Source: Phoronis australis
Taxonomy: Eukaryota; Animalia; Phoronida
Assembly (NCBI GenBank): GCA_002633005.1
Contig: NMRA01000001.1
Location: 4,209,180-4,273,179 of the forward strand
Length of the DNA: 64,000 nucleotides
Reading direction: 5' to 3'
The position numbers and the translations under genes were made by a program. Positions 11,821-26,100 of this stretch are shown piece after piece (within the stretch, counting starts at the first letter, position 1; every line of letters starts with the position of its first letter). Under the pieces are notes generated by a model. That model worked only from the letters and a program-made list of their open reading frames with translations. It ran no database searches and was not told the DNA's origin.

Positions 11821-14800
11821 ATGACCCGCACAAGACGTCCGTTGATGCGAGCTAACGCTACTGATGAACCGAACGTCACAAGCGACTGGCCGGAACAAGT
11901 ACACCGTAATGCACAACATACGGTGGATTTCAACACTTTACCAGACGAGTTATGTATTCGTATATTCGCTTATCTACACCCGGTGTGTGACGGTGTACCT
12001 CACCTAGCTCAGGTGTGTCGAAGGTGGAGTGGAATTTTGAACCGTAGCACGAGGATATGGAAGAGTTTATTTATCGATCCGACGCATTACACGCAGCATG
12101 ATTTTAATACACTTTCATTGGTGTTGCGTATTTACGGAGAGTACATACAGTTCTTAACGTGGAAAAATAACACGATTGTTTATGAGTCGATTTTTGTTTT
12201 AATTCAAAAGCTACGAAATTTGAGATATCTTCGACTGCCTATTCTATGGACTAGCCTAGTCACAGAACATTTGTCTTCACTAACTTCATTGGAAGATATC
12301 CAGATCAACGGTGGATATTCACTGACAGACGCCCACTTGGATTACATCGCGAAATGCTTTCACAATTTAAAAAGCGTCAGTCTAAACGCGTGTTGGGGAA
12401 TTACGGCCGACTCAGTTGTGCGCTTTGTGAGAGCGCTTCCGCGGTTACAATTTCTCAAGTTAAAAGTAAACTCATGTCTTCGTCTTAATGACATTCGAAG
12501 CGAAATCGCCATGGCGGAGGGCTTACGAACAGTGCAGTCGTTGTCGGAGTGTTCGTCTTCCAGTTTGGTCTCCGATCTTTGTCTCCACTATGTTCCTATA
12601 GAAGTTGACGAACTGTGGACAGCTGTCAACAGCTTACCAAACCTTAAGAAGCTAAACATAAGTAACTGCGAGGTAAGTCAACCACAGACGGTTACCGTTC
12701 ATTAATTTACAATAAAGCGGTACACGTAGTTAGATGAAGTTAGTTCTTCATATAGCTACTGTAAGCTTTGTCAGAAAGTATGTCTATTACGTGGTGATGT
12801 CTCCGCATGCAACACGCATTGACTGCTTTGGTAAATACGGCGTGGATAGATTTGCTGATCAGGTCAGTAGACTTTAGACAATAACAGTAACATCTTCCTG
12901 AAAGTAAGTTGACAGAACTATCTATTGTTTGGGGCAAGTTATGAAAAGAACTATCTATTGTTGGATAAGTTGAAAGAACCATCTATTGTTTGGGGCAAAT
13001 TGAAAGAGCTATCAATTGTTTGGGGCAAGTTGAAAGAACTTGAAAGAGCTATTGGTTCGGGCAAGTTGAAAGAACTATCTATCGTTCGGGGCAACTTAAA
13101 AGAACCTTCTATTGTTTAGGGCCGGGAAAGTTGAAAGACCTATCTATTCTTTAAGTTAAGTTGAAAGAACCATCTATTGTTTACATTTTATTTCAAGAGT
13201 ATAAATAAATACAAAAGATGGCGTCACTGCCCAGAAATCGAATTAACATTACATCTGGGCAACTATCTGTAAGTTAACAACTTTCAATGGTTTCAAATAC
13301 CGTATGGTGTGACACTATTTTTAAAGCTGCATTTCGGCCGTGCTTAGACTTAGCTCGCTGTCAACCAAAACGCGTTGGGAATTTTAAGTGTGATAAAGTT
13401 GTTTTTAAAAAAGATCTTGAATGTTGTCCAATGAGGCGGCAACTCAAGTCACATGCGTTCATGCGCTATTTTTAGTTGCAATTTTAGGGTTGGCCAATAC
13501 CAATAAAATCGAAACGTTTTCGCGAGTCGCTGATGGTTTCGATGTTTTTGTCGATAACGGGAATAAAAGTCCTTTCACGGTGCGGATTATTATGAAATCG
13601 ATTACTACTACATTTTCAATTTCAGCCAGCTAATGAGAGCGAAATGCCGCTTTAACACACATATTTTATAGGTGTGGGTTAGCACTTTGATTCTGGACGA
13701 ATAGTGTGCAACTATTGAATATACTCCACGGCTTGAATAAAACAAAAACGATTGGAGGGATTTTGGAGTGGAACGTACAGGCTTTTGTCATACAACCTGC
13801 GCTGACGTGAATTAGGATGCGGGTGTCCTAAAAATAGTCTACGCTTCGCTGTGCACAGCTGGTATTGCTGGGAGGGGGAAGTCAGTTAAGATATGACGTC
13901 ATTGACCTCAGAACAGAAAACTGAAATGCTTTGTTTTATTGGACTTGTTACGAATATGACATCGTAAAATAGGACAATGTTTTGCACGGACAATGGAGCC
14001 AACTTTTAAAAAGTGGGAGAGAGGGTGCACACATCTATTGGTCACTCACGCAAGACAATGGGCTATGTTTAAGAAAATTTAAATTTTCTTTCAGCATGGT
14101 AATTTCATTATAGTCCTAGGAAACAATTAACGGTTTATTCCAGGTGACCTAAAATTTTGAGTATTTGGTCTGAAGAAATAACGGACAATCCCAGGGGACA
14201 GGGATCCCTAAATAAGGAACAAGATAATCCCGTTATTATTACCGGGTGAGATGCCTTAATTAAAACTTCTGACACAAAGCACGGGTTCACTTGCCGCTTT
14301 CAATACTCTATATACAATATTGACTTCTAGCTTGACTATAGAAAAACGCAAGACTGTCGGTTTAGGTCGTGGGGTCGAATCCTTGGGGCTCACCACAAGT
14401 ACAGAACATTGAGGCATATGGTTGGTTCTGCAGGGGTGGTCCAGCCCCCCCTCCCCCTGAATCCGCCAACGTATTTTGTTGCGTTGGGCCGCACTAAGCC
14501 TCGTTTGTATTAAGGCCTACGTCACATGAGACCAGGTTTCAATACACCTGAGCATATTATGTGGATTTGACTTTTGGTCCTAAAACTGACATTTTTTCGA
14601 ATGCGTGTCCCGGGCTTGTCAGCAGAATATTCGGTTAGACATTGCATGATAACATCACGTTTCAAAACAAAGCGTTACGTGACATGGTTATGAACATCAT
14701 TGAGTACATTTCCCTGGCTTTCAAAGCCAATATACACTGATCCCCTTCCCCCGGGCTCTTAGAAAATAAGCACTGTGAGTTCATACAGTGAACCAAAAAT

Positions 14801-17159
14801 AACCTTATCAAAATGCAAACATCAGCTAGTCTTTCTCGATCTCACGCAATCTGGCACAGATAAGAGGTATACGCCTACCACAGACTCTCTGTACGAAGTT
14901 AACAAAATTGCAACTTGGTTGCTGTTGGGCAACAACGAGAGACACCTATCGGATGACATAAGAACTAGGTAATCCTCGGTTGCGTTCAAGAAACTAGACA
15001 TTTCCCTTGTCAGCTTCTGTATTCAGAAGTTTACAAAATGGAAATTATCGATATCTATCCTAACACTATGCACTCCGACTGAAGGGATATTATCGCTTCA
15101 CGGCCAAAAATCCTTTTGGGGGGATTGTTGTTGCGTGGGATGAACTTTTTGAAGTTATTGGATTTGAACTTGGCAATCAATTCGCTGTTTTGTGATTTTA
15201 TTGCAAATCCAAAATTCTCCGAAATCGAGTTCTATTACGGTAAGGATCATCATAAGGCAGATATTATGAGCTTGAATTTGCTGGAATTGGACCAGAGTTT
15301 GGCAAATGTGACGGCTGAAATTCAAATCAAAACGAATTTTATCAATCGAAACGAATCTAAGACTTTTGATCAGGGCACGACAAAACCCAACTTAGTCGCG
15401 TGCCGTTGCAATCTCCAACAATAATCGCGGAGAAATTTAAGTGGGGTCTCCGGAAAAATTTGATCCTCGATCATTGTTAGAGAATGCAAGGATCAGATAT
15501 CACTGTTCGCTTCGATGTTTGACATACAAAAATCCGTTTTAAAAATTGGAGTTTTAGCCTCCTTACTCGCCAAGCAGTGATTTACGATGCGGTGGGTACA
15601 TTCAGACTATAAATTACTTCCTGGTCAAGTGCATTCAGTAACTATTCAATGCTGAATGAGTCTTTAAGGAGCAGTGAGTTACGCTGCAGACCATAAGGAC
15701 TTCCTGGTCGGGTGCACTGAATCACTGCCCGCCAAAGGTAACCACTCAACATGAACTGAAACACAATAACCACATTTCGATATAGCAGTGATAATGAAAC
15801 ATTCAGTGAGATTTCCTGGTCTTTGCTGTGCGGTGGGAAAATCAAAAACGATTTACAGGAAAATGCACAATGTCTCGAAATGTTTCTCAAAGTGAAAGAA
15901 ATTAAGTTTCTCTTCCCCGTAAACTCGATCCGTCATGCACACCAGAATTAGACATTGGGTCCAATGAAAAACGCTTTCTAGCTCTTCCAGCGCTGAAAAC
16001 TGAACTAAAAACGACGATTTTTTTGTTCAAAATTAACTTTTGCAATATCATCATACTAATTGTCTCATATTGTCGTTCACAGCATCTTCACGGTATACGA
16101 TTGATGTCGACATCACTGCAGAAACTTTACCTGTTCAATTTATGGAGCGCACTTTTCGTCAGTGTGGAAGCTGCCAACTTGAAATCGTTTACTGTCGATT
16201 ACGGTCTCGAGTCTCTTGAACATTTGGAAGTATCCGCTCCAAAATTACGACGCATTGCCATCGACGGTAGCGACGTCTTGAGAACGATCAACATCAAATC
16301 ACAGAAGCTTCAAACTTTTGAGGTGCGCAACTGTGAAATGTTGGACTTTCGTTCACTCAAAGATACTCTCAAGTTCAACAATACATTGACATGCTTAAAG
16401 TTAGGGAGACTGCCAGTGGATGGCCTTCATCTCAACGAAACACATTGTCCAAATATTCGAGAGCTGGTCTTGTTGGATGACTTTCACTGCACAACCTTGC
16501 ACATGCGTAGTCCAACTCTGAGAGTTCTTCAAACTAAGACAGAGAGAGCTTTGTCGTCCTTGACTCATGTGTATGTGATAGCCAACCATCTTAACAAAAT
16601 CTGGTTAGTGAATGTACCAATGTTGAGATGCCTTACAATTCAGTGTGTTAGTGTAGACTCATTACACCTCAACACATCCAGTTCCGACCAACTCTACCTC
16701 GAATCGTTAATCGTCCACGCAATAGTCGCCATTGGATCTCTAAGAATGTTTGATTGCGTCGTCAACATGCTGTGCCTGACCACACCAAGGGCAACATCTG
16801 TAGTCCTGTGCGGCTGCCGAATTTCCGACTACGTTCTGAAGATGGCACTCGATGGCTGTCCAAACATTTCCCACTTAAATTTGGAAACGTGTCATGAATT
16901 CAAAAATTTAAAGATCGTAGCAAGCCAACTGCAATACTTGAATCTTTTTGGCTGCAAGGACGTACGGGATATACATCTAGAATGCCCACAGTTACAGGCA
17001 GTTAATTTAGGGCAATGTACAAATGCTAAATTGTACGTGATGGGTAAAGAATGCAGTCACGATCCGTCCAATGTTGAAAAGATTCGAATAGTGCCACCAA
17101 TTGAAAATTCACGGTGGAACCACGATCATCCACCAAATTTGATGCTCAATGACAGATGA
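11821..17159 (+). CDS. F-box / leucine-rich-repeat protein (FBXL-like SCF substrate adaptor), 2 coding exons, ~642 aa
   Basis: Exon 1 11821-12672 (donor GAG|GTAAGT) joins exon 2 16083-17159 (acceptor cacAG|CAT) in phase 0. The F-box motif is FNTLPDELCIRIFAYL...LAQVCRRWSGIL. It is followed by many Cys-containing LRRs (LKSVSLNACWGITAD, LKKLNISNC, CPNISHLNLETC, LQYLNLFGCKDV, CPQLQAVNLGQC). The ATG choice is an inference. Confidence 0.88.
12900..13182. repeat. ~30-bp minisatellite in the F-box gene intron
   Basis: Unit AAGTTGAAAGAACTATCTATTGTTTGGGGC, about 9 copies. Confidence 0.9.
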
Positions 17160-17589
17160 CTGTCAACTGGAGTGACCAAGGTCCAGTCAAAATCACAGCG
17201 TTCATACTAGAATAAGTCAAGTTAGAGGTGCTAAATCTTGAAGTCGCCAATTCCATTGGGTTCGCATGCTTTTGTCAGATGTAACAAGGATACCTTGCCA
17301 GGTCAAAAACACAAAAAGGTACCACCCCAAAAATGAACCAAAACAACGGTTTTCAAAGGTGGCGCTGTATGGGGTTTCAAAAAGAACAGAATTTGAAACT
17401 GTGATAAAACGTATGTGCAAACCGTCTAATCAATGGATTATCAACAGTTCTGTTATGCTTACTGGAATACAACATTCTTCACAAAACTTTCAAGTTTCAG
17501 TTTGTAAGACCACCGTTGACATTAATTTTGCTTCTCCTCACAAAACACTCAATATCCAATATGGCAGGTGGGTAGATAAAACGACTTTT

Positions 17590-17915
17590 TTCACTATTCA
17601 TGGTTTGATGGGCTAGTTTTGTTACAAAAAGATAAGTGACTTTTCATGGTGTAAGGGAAATTTTTGTTGCATACATACTTCACTTGTACAATTGAAGAAA
17701 AAACTGTCAGATGGAAATATAAGGTTTTGAGTAGTGTGCATAACATAGGGTTGGGATCATGGCTTGATGGGCTATTTTTATTACAAAAAGATAAGTGACT
17801 TTTCATGGTCTAACCGACGTTTTTTGTTGCAAAAATACTCCACTTGTACAATTGAAGAAAAAACTTTCAGATCGAAAATAGAGTGTTTTGAGTAGCGTAC
17901 ATAACATAGGATTGG
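17590..17915. repeat. ~160-bp tandem duplication downstream of the F-box stop codon
   Basis: CATGG.TTGATGGGCTA...TTACAAAAAGATAAGTGACTTTTCATGGT...CACTTGTACAATTGAAGAAAAAACT occurs twice. Confidence 0.85.
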
Positions 17916-18384
17916 CATCAGCATTCGAAATACACACGATGGCCTAGAGCCAGTGGATTTGCTGGGGGGAGGGGAGCAGTAAACTGTCACGTATAGGCCC
18001 TATCTGGATGTATATTCAAGTAACTGGCCCTTCAAGCCAACACACTTATTTGCTGAAGGTCGAACACTGGTTGGCATACAAGGAAAAACAGCCTTATAGG
18101 CTTCCTACCTGGTCCATGTCTGATCACACCATAATAAATCACTGCACTTCATACATATGAGTCATTGTTGACATACATAAATTTAAAATGGAAATACACA
18201 TCGTCTTATAAAGTTGATATAAATGAACATAATATTTCAAGATATTTTTAGGTACAGAAAATGGAAAAGCGTTCATTTGGAGCTGCATATCGTTAATGGA
18301 AATAACGAGAAAATAAAATTTCAGCCATAGTGTAACCTAAATTGGAGATAAGTAATATCATTTTTTATTCAAGCCACTTGGAGG

Positions 18385-18810
18385 TGGTCAGTGGCCAGTC
18401 ACAAGAAACAGTCCCCATAGGGTCTCAACTATGCTCCATAAATATTCAGTGCACTTGTAGACTTTGTTTACTCATTAACGGTGTGATTTCAATCACTTTA
18501 TCTTGATTGAGACCTCCTCATTTACTTATGACAATTTAAAACACTGTATGTGATAACTGAGCCATTATTTCCATGAAAATAAGTAGGGACCTTTACATGC
18601 AATGCACCAAATTCAAGGTCTTGATCCCTATTTATTATCAATATTAAGAATTCCACATGTTGTTTGCTCTCATTATGTATCAAAGCTAAAACCTCATGTA
18701 GCAATGAAGAGAAAATATAGTGATCGCACAAAGTCTACAAATACACTGGAAATTTAAGAAACTCTTGAGCCTGTACTGGGACTGTCTCCCGCAACTGCCT
18801 ACAGGTGTCA
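18385..18810. mobile_element. Old, diverged inverted-repeat element between the convergent F-box and SDCCAG8 genes
   Basis: ACAGTCCC...CAGTGCACTTGTAGACTTTGT on the left versus ACAAAGTCTACAAATACACTG...GGGACTGT on the right. Confidence 0.5.
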
Positions 18811-20157
18811 CTACTCCTGATCTAGCCAATTATTCGCTCCAGCAAACCAAAAATCCCTCCCTGATCATGTAAACAATGTTAATGAGCAGACAATGTAAAA
18901 CAACAATGCATAGAAAGACATGCAAATTTAGCAGAACTTACACGAAAGAAGCACAGGGTGTTTGTATAACAAAAGAAATAAAGAATAATCACTCAAGCAA
19001 ATGACTGCTCTCCTCAACAAATTTTTGTTTCCTCAAGGGAGAGCAATGTTTCAATAGCTCTCCATGTATGACCTATCAAGTGCCCTCAGGACTGGTCCAT
19101 ACTTGTGTAGTATTACACCAATGTATACACACAAGACTCACTATTGACATTACTTAATAGGCTACAAACCTGTGTTTCATCCAAGCAGCAAAATTTTGAT
19201 TTAGACCAGTTACCCGATTATAAAATTGGTCTCAAGTTTTTCCTTACTCAGATGAGAAGTGATTTTTGGATTTGTAAGGAATTATCCTGTTCGTTGTTCC
19301 TTAAGACAATTGCATGGCATGTTGTGACAAGCAAAGTTGTAGAGACTGATCTCCAGCACTAACAACTGTTACATAACTTCTTTTCAAGCCTGAAATCGCC
19401 TAAAATTTGACCAAGAAAAAATTTGAGACTTGCAATTTCATAATCGTAAGTGATCTAAATCAAAAGTTAGTTCTTGTGATAGAAGCTGAGTTTACAGGGC
19501 TTTCAATATACATACATATGGTTTGCTCTGTTCACATGGTAACACACAGCTGTTGTTCACATGTAAATATTACCATGACAATGTACGCAGGTCTTACTGT
19601 TCCTGTTTGGAAACACGCCACATCAGTCTACCTGTATATACAACAGCTACATGCCCATGTATTTCAAAATCTTGAAATATTTCAGGAAAAAACTAAAAGG
19701 ATTAATTCCACAAACACGATTGTGTTCCTGCTGACTGCCGGAATACCGGTATTTTTGTCGGAGTGGAGAACAGGCTGAAGCTGTTATGATAACGCACATG
19801 TCTAAACAGAAGAGGAGCCAGACACTGCAATACTGCGCATGCATCAACAGCATTTGTTGTATATTACAGACACGATTGGAATGTTTAGTGAGTGCACAAA
19901 CGGTGGTATCTGATGAATAAAATTTTCCACTATAAGTGCAGGCAAATTTGGCTGAATCCAGAATACCAGGTCAATTGTTTCTCAATGCAAATTTTACCAT
20001 TTAAAATTATAGCACAAAAAATAACAGGAATCCACTAAATTCCAAATGGGAATGACACTAATGTCATAAACACCACGATGGTATTTTGCATTGGTTAGTC
20101 TATTCATCGCAGTCCATGTAGCATGGCCTCACAGCTAAATACACCATCGTACAATAC

Positions 20158-23100
20158 TTAGCTGGTACTGTTGACGTCACTCAATATATCATCGACCAAG
20201 CCCTTGTGAGATGAATAAAGTTTATCTGCATCACACTCATTGTGAAGGCTTATTTGTTTTCGTAAGAATTCCACCTCCTTCGCTAACAACTGTCGATCCC
20301 TCATTAACTGGCTCTGTTTGGCAAGTAGATCAATTATCTACAAAAACACAAGCAGCAAGAGTTAGACAGTGTAAATTCAACTGAGATAAAATGTCGCCAT
20401 GTATTACAAGGACATAAAAGAAAGAACAACTTTTCTACAAAGAAATAGGAACAGATCACACCATGATGTATGGACACCTTAGATGGTGTTCTGTGTTAAT
20501 CAGTTTGATGGTGTTCTGTGGTCATCATTTTGATTGTATTCTGTGGTCATCAGTTTGGTGGTGTTCTGTAGTCATCACTTTGATGGTGCTCTATGGTCAT
20601 TGGTTTGATGGTGTTCTTTGGTCATCAGTTTGATGCTTTTATGTAGTCATCATTTTGATGGTGTTCTGTGGTCATCAGTTTGATGGTGTTCTGTGGTCAT
20701 CCGTTTGATGGTGTTCTGTGGTCATCAGTTTGATGGTGTGCTGTGGTCATCAATTTGATAAGAAGGAAAGAGGTAGGGAGGGGGATATGTAGGTATGCAT
20801 GACCGTAGATACTATGTACTATGTATGTACTATGTATTACACGTGTATGACCTGCTATGAGCTGTGCTGAGTATTATAAACCACACCATATATGCTGGAT
20901 GTAAGACATGTAAATCACCTGTTGAGAGCTGTGTTGAGCGTGCTCATCCATTTGAGACAACTGCTGTCTCAGCCTCTCTTGTACTTGACCGTGCTTCACA
21001 AGTTCACTGTCAATTTGATGAAGACGTTTCTGCGACTTCTCCCACTTAAAGTTCAGTTCTTGGTTCTGCGTTTTCAATTGCTGGCTACTTGACCTGAAGC
21101 AAATTAATCAACTTTGTAATTACCACAAAAAATGAATCAGTTATTCATACGGGAAATACACAGAGTTGCTGGTAAACACGGCCGCTATGAAAAATGTAAC
21201 TAAAGCAACCCTCCCCCGCCTCTGCCGCATGGTGCAAGGGGTTTAGGAGATACAGTAGTGGACGACAGATGCCCAGACAGAAATGCTTGCAATATGCAAA
21301 CACATTCGTACATATGGCCTCATAAAAATCCAAAGTACTTGATTGATACCAGGGCACATATAAAAAACTAAAATTGCCACTAGGGGCTCAGTGGTAGACG
21401 GATTAGTCTGAAACTTGTCATCATTTGTCGTCACATTCCTAGGAGTACACTTATTTTTTTACAAAGCAACCCAAATATACGTATGCAGTGGCATAAGTCT
21501 ACTCTTACCTGTGTCGTGAAGCTTGTGCATCCAGCTGCTCAGCTTGTCTTCTGCATTCATCCCGCAGCTTGTCAACTACAGTACTCTGATTGGCTAAGAT
21601 TTCTTCTAATTCACAAACAGTCTTACCTGCAAGAAGCACATCATTTCTTTATAGAAGACTTTCACAAGTGCAACAAACAACAGGCAAAATGTTGTTAAAT
21701 GGCAGAAACATTCTGTTTGAATAAAATGGAAAACAAAATATGAGATACTAGTAAAGAGTAGTAATTCGTAACTGTTCTTTCATTTGCATTTACATTTTAC
21801 GAAGGAATAATCCAATCACATATAACAAAGAGAAACAATATCAAAGCATTGCCATCTTGTCTGCATAAAGGGGGTACACCTGTGAGTTTTTCACACACAC
21901 TATTGCAAATCTGAAATTTGTAAAGCTGTGTTCACTCACGCATCTGCAAACGAATTTCAGCCAATACCTTCACATGAAAATTTGTGTCAATCAAACAGGT
22001 TACATGTCATGCTTGATCCACTAACTGCGGAAAGATTAGCCAGGTTGAGTCAATGTCCAGACTGATATCAAATGATACAATAATTCTCTGCTAATTTTGC
22101 AAAATCTTACTGGTAAAGGTATTTTCTCAATAGTGTGCGAAATCAAATGAATACAGAAAATTTGTGGTTGGTGGGTGTGAAATTAACTGAGGAACAAGGT
22201 ATTGCCATCTGCCCACGTGCAAATTTAGCAGAATGAGGCCTATCAGTTGGCAAGGCAATTCAATTAACGGTAATTATAGTCTCTTTATTGTGTTCCACTG
22301 ACTTTAAAAATACTTTACCCCATAAGTGAGGTTCTCTATTGAACAACTGTATCTGGGTCACATGACGATCATCTACGTCAATAGGAGATGTCCCATAAGA
22401 ATGAAGTGGTGAATATACAATGTTCATACCTTATTAACACAGTTAAAGAGGCATGTATTACAGGATTAATGATATGTCTTTACCATGACATTTTCCGAGG
22501 TGCAAAACAGAGGGTGTGCAAAGCAGGTCAGACAAAATATTACCATCAAGTAGCCTCATGCTAAACAAGAGAGAGACAAAACATAAGTTTTCAAAACAAT
22601 TTTAGGTGTGCAGAATGAGATGAGTGTTCAACAAGTAAGGAGAGTTACCGTACTCATCATGTGTGACCTCCAGACTTTTGACCCAATTTCATGTTAATTT
22701 CAAATGCTACTATTTCTATCTCTATTTAACTCTTCATGGCTGCCAGATTCAGTGAGATATCAGGTGATACTGACTATGTTTCATCTCCACACTGCTAGGT
22801 TCAGTATGATATCAAATGATACTTACTACGCATAACCACCACTATTCATGACTGCTAGGTTCAGTATGATATCAAATGATACTCAGTATGCTTCATCTCC
22901 ACACTGCTAGGTTCAGTATGATATCAAATGATACTTACTACGCATGACCACCACTATTCATGACTGCTAGGTTCAGTATGATATCAAATGATACTCACTA
23001 TGCTTCATCTCCACACTCTGGATGACTGCCTTTAACGCGTCTTCTCTTTCCTCTGCCCTCCTTGACACCAACTTCAGCTCATCAGCCCGATCCCGTTCCA

Positions 23101-26100
23101 TACTATCCAGAGATAACCTTGATTGATGCAGCTGAAAACAACAAATCAACAGACTGTCAATCCAGCATAGTGCAACTAAAACATAGAGGTAAAGAACATA
23201 GGGACTGGGATAATGAACAACTACAAGCAACCACCAGAGTTGTAGGTTATGACATCCGATGTTGCATCACAGCACAATAATCATGCTAGTTTAACAAATG
23301 TTAAGGGAACTTTTTGAATTTCTATTTTGTCAAAGTTTTGGAGCAACGACAATAATTTCAGAAATGCATCCAATTATTAGTAATGATCTACAGACTATAC
23401 TGCCATATAGTTATGACATTACATTAAACAAGACAATGACCCAATCTTTTAGTCAAGTACATTACTATGTCATATTTTTTCTTGCTTCTTCGTTCACAAA
23501 ACAGAGGCTACATTTCATGTCCCTACAACATGAAATTCACAAAATTTGTCTCATCTACTGCTTGAGGCTTGTTATTTTGGTTGAAATTGGATGCAAGACG
23601 ACACTGGGGTGGTCATTTTTCGAGGTTTAGCTTTGAAGAACCATAGAACCTTGTGTTGTCCTACTTTCTGAAATTTGGTATGTAGCTACATCTTGTTAAA
23701 CACTATTTGAGAAATGCAATCTCATCTGTTTTTCGCTACTGTTCTCGAGTTATTCAAGCATATTTGACGACTGGTCTTTTATTGAGTGATTTCTCCCGGG
23801 CAATTCTGTGAAAAGAAAAATATCAATTTGTGACAATATTTTCTGGTCTCATCTGAGGCTGAACCTGCATTTACAAAGGAGAGAAACAATTGTTGGAGGT
23901 CAGGGGAAAAATATCTACAGGAATGATCCCTGAAACTTAAAAAAATGTCATCACGAATCAAGAATTGATAATTGTACCTGCGTGTATCCAGGGGGTACTC
24001 ATAAACTTGTAGCATGATGTGAAGAAGACAAAATGATAACACAGACTCTGAAGGATGTTCAAACAGGACGATGAATGATGAATGATAGGAACACCTATGC
24101 ATAATATCCTCCCCCNATGTACACAAGATGTTTACCATGAAACATTAACACAGTTAAGTCTTTTGGAAACATAACACATAACAACATTGACTCGCTAATT
24201 GCCGATTGTCTCTACTTTATTACTTTAACGTCTCATACACACACAGTAGACACGGTAGACACAGTAGACAGGTTCAATGAGAAGTGTAAACATGTGCGTT
24301 AACAGATGAGTGAGATACTAACGCCAGCTTGAACAGACACATTACATTATTGATCAACCATTACCTCTCGATCTAAATCCTGCACCTTAATTGTGACACG
24401 CATACATTCCTCTTTACTCTCCATCAACTCTCGCTCACACTGCTTTAGTCGACGATGCAGGTCTTCATTTTCTCCACTCAACCTCGACTTTTCCTGAAAC
24501 AAGAATGATCGCCACCCTACATCCAAACCTTCAAAGAATTATTTTGAACATGAAAAGATAACAAAAAATAACTGTTTGTTTTAAAGAATTGTCAGTAAGT
24601 GTGACCTCGGTTCATGACATTCATCCACAAACACACACGGGGGGACGGTATGTTGGTAAGTGAAATCTCGCCTACACATGTATGCAACACTCGGATTTAA
24701 TGATGCATGTCAGGCCATGCTGGCAGTCAGAGCCAGGAGATTTTGGATTACATTTTGAGCAAATTCAGTGAAATCAGACTCTTATTAGGTTAGGAATATA
24801 TGATGGAAAGGTAGTAGCAAATGTTAAATGAAAGTTATCAACTAATGTTCAGAGATCATCTTGTAGTGGTCAATGTCACTCTTTCCAGTAACCATAGCAG
24901 CAATAAAACTTAATACAACTTACTTCCTTTGCACGCTTTGTCAACCTTTCAACTTCTTCTTTCGCCTTACTCGCTGCCTCTAAAGCCATGTTTCTCTCAA
25001 GAATCGCCTGAGATGCGTTTCCCTTCAAATCGCCTGTTGTCTAAAACAACCAAAGCCACAACGTTGGATATTTGCGGAAGAAAAACACACAAGTGGTTGA
25101 AAACGAGACACTGCTGTCTGCATACTTGCTTAAAGCACAGCTGCATGACGTGTACTTAGTACTTAAAAGCACATAAATATCCGTATACTTGCTTAAAGCA
25201 CACAGCTGTCCATATACTTGCCTACACTGCTGTCAGAACACACAAATTCATATACACACACATGCACACACACACAATTGTAAATAGACCCATTACAATG
25301 CGTTTCCTCAAGTGTCATGGTATACATTACCTTACTATAGTCACTATCACACACTTTCAGTTGGTTCTTCAAACGGTCCAGTTCAGCAAGACTGTCCAGT
25401 TTCTCTCGCGTCACACGTTCCAGTTGGCTGCTGGCACTGGCTGATGTTTCCTCTGCTTCTTTCAACTAAAAACATTGCATGCAATACAAAAAGTTGCGGC
25501 ACACGCATCACTAGAAATGACATGAATAATAACAAGAGCAATATGAAGTGCCGATATGCACCCACAATGCAACACAAATGGTAGGATTCCAGGAGTGCTT
25601 ATCAGTTTCATGTAAGGTACAGAGAGACAACAAGTTGACCAAAAGAGGTAGCTGCATAGTCAGAATGCACAAAAATGTAGGTACCTTAACTTTTAAAACT
25701 AACAACAAATCAAAAAGTTTCAAAAATGAAAAAATCCAACAATTTCAATAAAGAAATAAGACATGCCACAAAGGGAAACAGCACCAGGCAGCCAGTCTAC
25801 TACTTCTCATCAAGAACAATCATGAAGTTTGGCAGAAACAAACGTAGACACAAAATGACACAATGGATACAGCACTTGTTTGAATATGCTGAAAATTGAT
25901 AGCTGCCATCATCAACAAAATGGAACGCCCATTAGGGGTTGCTGTAGTACCAATTCCCCCAAAAATGAACTAGTTCCAGGAGTGCATTGTCATCACACAA
26001 CTCTGTGCCAAGTTTCAACGAAATTCGTCAATTAGTTTGTTAGATATCATACAGCAATGTTGTTCCCCTAAAATACAGAAAACGCCCCTTGTCAAAAAAA

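Noticed and set aside
12900-13182. Regularly spaced repeats here and at 20480, 42512 and 46612 resembling CRISPR arrays
   Set aside because: They are head-to-tail minisatellites without unique spacers, there are no cas genes, and the context is eukaryotic introns.
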